A program made the translations under genes and the position numbers. A DNA stretch of 64,000 nucleotides from positions 30,380,001-30,444,000 of the forward strand of contig NC_135828.1 of NCBI RefSeq assembly GCF_964213995.1. The letters are read 5' to 3'. Origin of the DNA: Mustelus asterias. Its lineage: Eukaryota. The first letter of the stretch is position 1, and every line of letters begins with the position of its first letter. The notes beneath the pieces were generated by a model. That model had not been told where the DNA came from and ran no database searches. It saw only the letters and a list, made by a program, of their open reading frames with translations. Below, piece after piece: positions 61,395 to 64,000 of the stretch.

Positions 61395-64000
61395 AACAAA
61401 GAACAAAGAACAGTACAGCACACGAAACAGGCCCATCGGCCCTCCAAGCCTGTGCCGCTCCTTGGTCCAACAAGACCAATCGTTTGTATCCCTCCATTCC
61501 CAGGCTGCTCATGTGACTATCCAGGTAAGTCTTAAACGATGTCAGCGTGCCTGCCTCCACCACCCTACTTGGCAGCGCATTCCAGGCCCCCACCACCCTC
61601 TGTGTAAAAAATGTCCCTCTGATATCTGAGTTATACTTCGCCCCTCTCACCTTGAGTCCGTGACCCCTCGTGATCGTCACCTCCGACCTGGGAAAAAGCT
61701 TCCCACTGTTCACCCTATCTATACCCTTCATAATCTTGTACACCTCTACTGATCTCCCCTCATTCTCCGTCTTTCCAGGGAGAACAACCCCAGTTTACCC
61801 AATCTCTCCTCATAGCCAAGACCCTCCATACCAGGCAACATCCTGGTAAACCTTCTCTGCACTCTCTCTAACGCCTCCACGTCCTTCTGGTAGTGCGGCG
61901 ACCAGAACTGGACGCAGTACTCCAAATGTGGCCTAACCAGCGTTCTATACAGCTGCATCATCAGACTCCAGCTTTTATACTCTATACCCCATCCTATAAA
62001 GGCAAGCATACCATTTGCCTTCTTCACCACCTTCTCCACCTGTGTTGCCAACTTCAAGGATTTGTGGACTTGCACACCTAGGTCCCTCTGTGTTTCTATA
62101 CTCCTGATGACTCTGCCATTTATTGTATAATTCCTCCCTACATTATTTCTTCCAAAATGCATCACTTCGCATTCATCCGGATTAAACTCCATCTGCCACC
62201 TCTCCACCCAATTTTCCAGACTATCTATATCCTGCTGTATTGCCCGACAATGCTCTTCGCTATCCGCAAGTCGAGCCATCTTCGTGTCATCTGCAAACTT
62301 GCTGATTACACCAGACACACCTTCTTCCAAATAATTTATGTATGTCACAAATAGCAGAGGCCCCAGTACAGAGCCCTGCGGAACACCACTGGTCACAGAC
62401 CTCCAGCCAGAAAAAGACCCTTCGACCACTACCCTCTGTCTCCTATGGCCAAGCCAGTTCTCCACCCATCTAGCCACTTCTCCTTGTATCCCATGAGCCT
62501 TAACCTTCTTAACCAACCTGCCATGTGGGACTTTGTCAAATGCCTTACTGAAATCCATATAGACGACATCCACGGCCCTTCCTTCATCAACCGTTTTTGT
62601 CACTTCCTCAAAAAACTCCACCAAATTTGTAAGGCACGACCTCCCTCTTACAAAACCATGCTGTCTGTCACTAATGAGATTGTTCCGTTCTAAATGCACA
62701 TACATCCTATCTCTAAGAATCCTCTCCAACAACTTCCCTACCACAGACGCCAAGCTCACCGGCCTATAATTTCCTGGGTTATCCCTGCTACCCTTCTTAA
62801 ACAACGGGACCACATTCGCCATCCTCCAATCCTCAGGGACCTCACCCGTGTCCAAAGAAGCGACAAGGATTTCCGTCAGATGCCCAGCAATTTTATCTCT
62901 CGTCTCCCTGAGCAGTCGAGGATAGATGACATCAGGCCCTGGGGCTTTGTCAGTTTTAATGTTCCCTAAAAAACCTAACACTTCCTCTCTTGTAATGGAG
63001 ATTTTCTCTAACGGGTCAACACCTCCCTCCGAGACACTCCCGGTTAACACGCCCCTCTCCTTCGTGAATACCGATGCAAAGTATTCATTTAAGATCTCCC
63101 CTATTCCCTTGGGTTCTAAGCCTAATCCCCTCCTTTGTCCCTGAGAGGTCCGATTTTCTCCCTGACATCTCTTTTGTTCCTGACATATGAATAGAATGCC
63201 TTAAGATTCTCCTTAATCCTGCCTGCCAAGAACATCTCGTGACCTCTTTTTGCCCTTCTAACTCCCCGTTTGAGTTCTTTCCTACTCTCTCTGTATTCCT
63301 CCAGAGCTCCATCTGTTTTCAGTTGCCTGGACTTAACGTACGCCTCCCTTTTCATTTTAATCAGATCCTCAATTTCCCTGGTTATCCACGGCTCTTGAAT
63401 CCTACCTTTCCTATCTTTCCTTTTTACATGCACACGACTATCCTGCAGCCTTATCAATAGTTCCTTAAAAGACTCCCACATGCCGGACGCGGACGTAGCC
63501 TCGAACATCCTCTCCCAATCAACATCCACCAATTCCTGCCTAATCCGGCTATAGTTAGCCTTCCCCCAATTTAGCACCCTGCCCGTAGGACAGCACTCAT
63601 CCTTGTCCATTACTATCGTAAAGTTAACAGAGTTGTGGTCACTATTTGCCACATGTTCCCCGACCGAAACTTTGACGACCTGACCGGGCTCATTTCCCAG
63701 AACTAGGTCCAGTATAGCCCCCTCTCTAGTGGGGCTATCTACATACTGTTCCAAAGGATCTTCCAGTACGCATTTTACAAATTCCTCCCCGTCCGGACCC
63801 CCAGCTCTAAGCACTTTCCAGTCTGTGCCAGGGAAATTAAAGTCCCCCACTACAACAACCCTATATTTTCTGCACCTATCCAGAATCTCCTGACATATCC
63901 TTTCCTCCACTTCCCGTGGGCTGTTGGGTGGTCTGTAGTACACCCCCAGCATAGTGACTGCACCCTTCCTGTTTCTGAGTTCCACCCACAGCGACTCAGT
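61395..64000 (-). mobile_element. Young CR1 LINE ORF2 (APE endonuclease + RT), two frameshifts, continues beyond the window
   Basis: GVYYRPP, VGDFN, ILDLVL, SDHN (EN); MDFSKAFDKVPH, PQGSVLGP, KFADD (RT); frame breaks near 63120 and 61745. Confidence 0.95.

Overview
Eukaryotic, repeat-rich genomic DNA from an elasmobranch (shark), judged from HE1-type tRNA-derived SINEs, abundant CR1 LINEs and shark-type T-cell receptor V segments. (1) 2.0-6.4 kb: a three-exon Myb/SANT-like gene of the PIF/Harbinger ORF2/NAIF1 type. It splices into an uninterrupted 409-codon ORF despite several intronic insertions. (2) 13.7-27.1 kb: a full-length but defective endogenous retrovirus with 648/649-bp LTRs, a CCTC TSD, a tRNA-Ser PBS, gag-UGA-pro-pol, and an env whose TM subunit resembles filovirus GP2/ASLV TM. 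It sits in an HE1 SINE that itself sits in a CR1 tail. It carries a CR1 fragment in RT and a very young Gypsy retrotransposon in env. That Gypsy element has no tRNA PBS; instead it has a perfect 15-nt complement of its own LTR, a candidate self-priming/polyA-masking structure. (3) 39-58 kb: part of a translocon-type TCR V array, most likely TCR beta, with four apparently intact leader+V+23-RSS segments and one pseudogene. Ets/CRE promoter motifs lie upstream of three V segments, and a positionally conserved CTCF-like motif lies behind two RSSs. The rest is CR1, other LINE, Penelope-like and SINE debris. Repeat boundaries without a stated TSD are approximate, and family names come from recalled motifs, not database searches.
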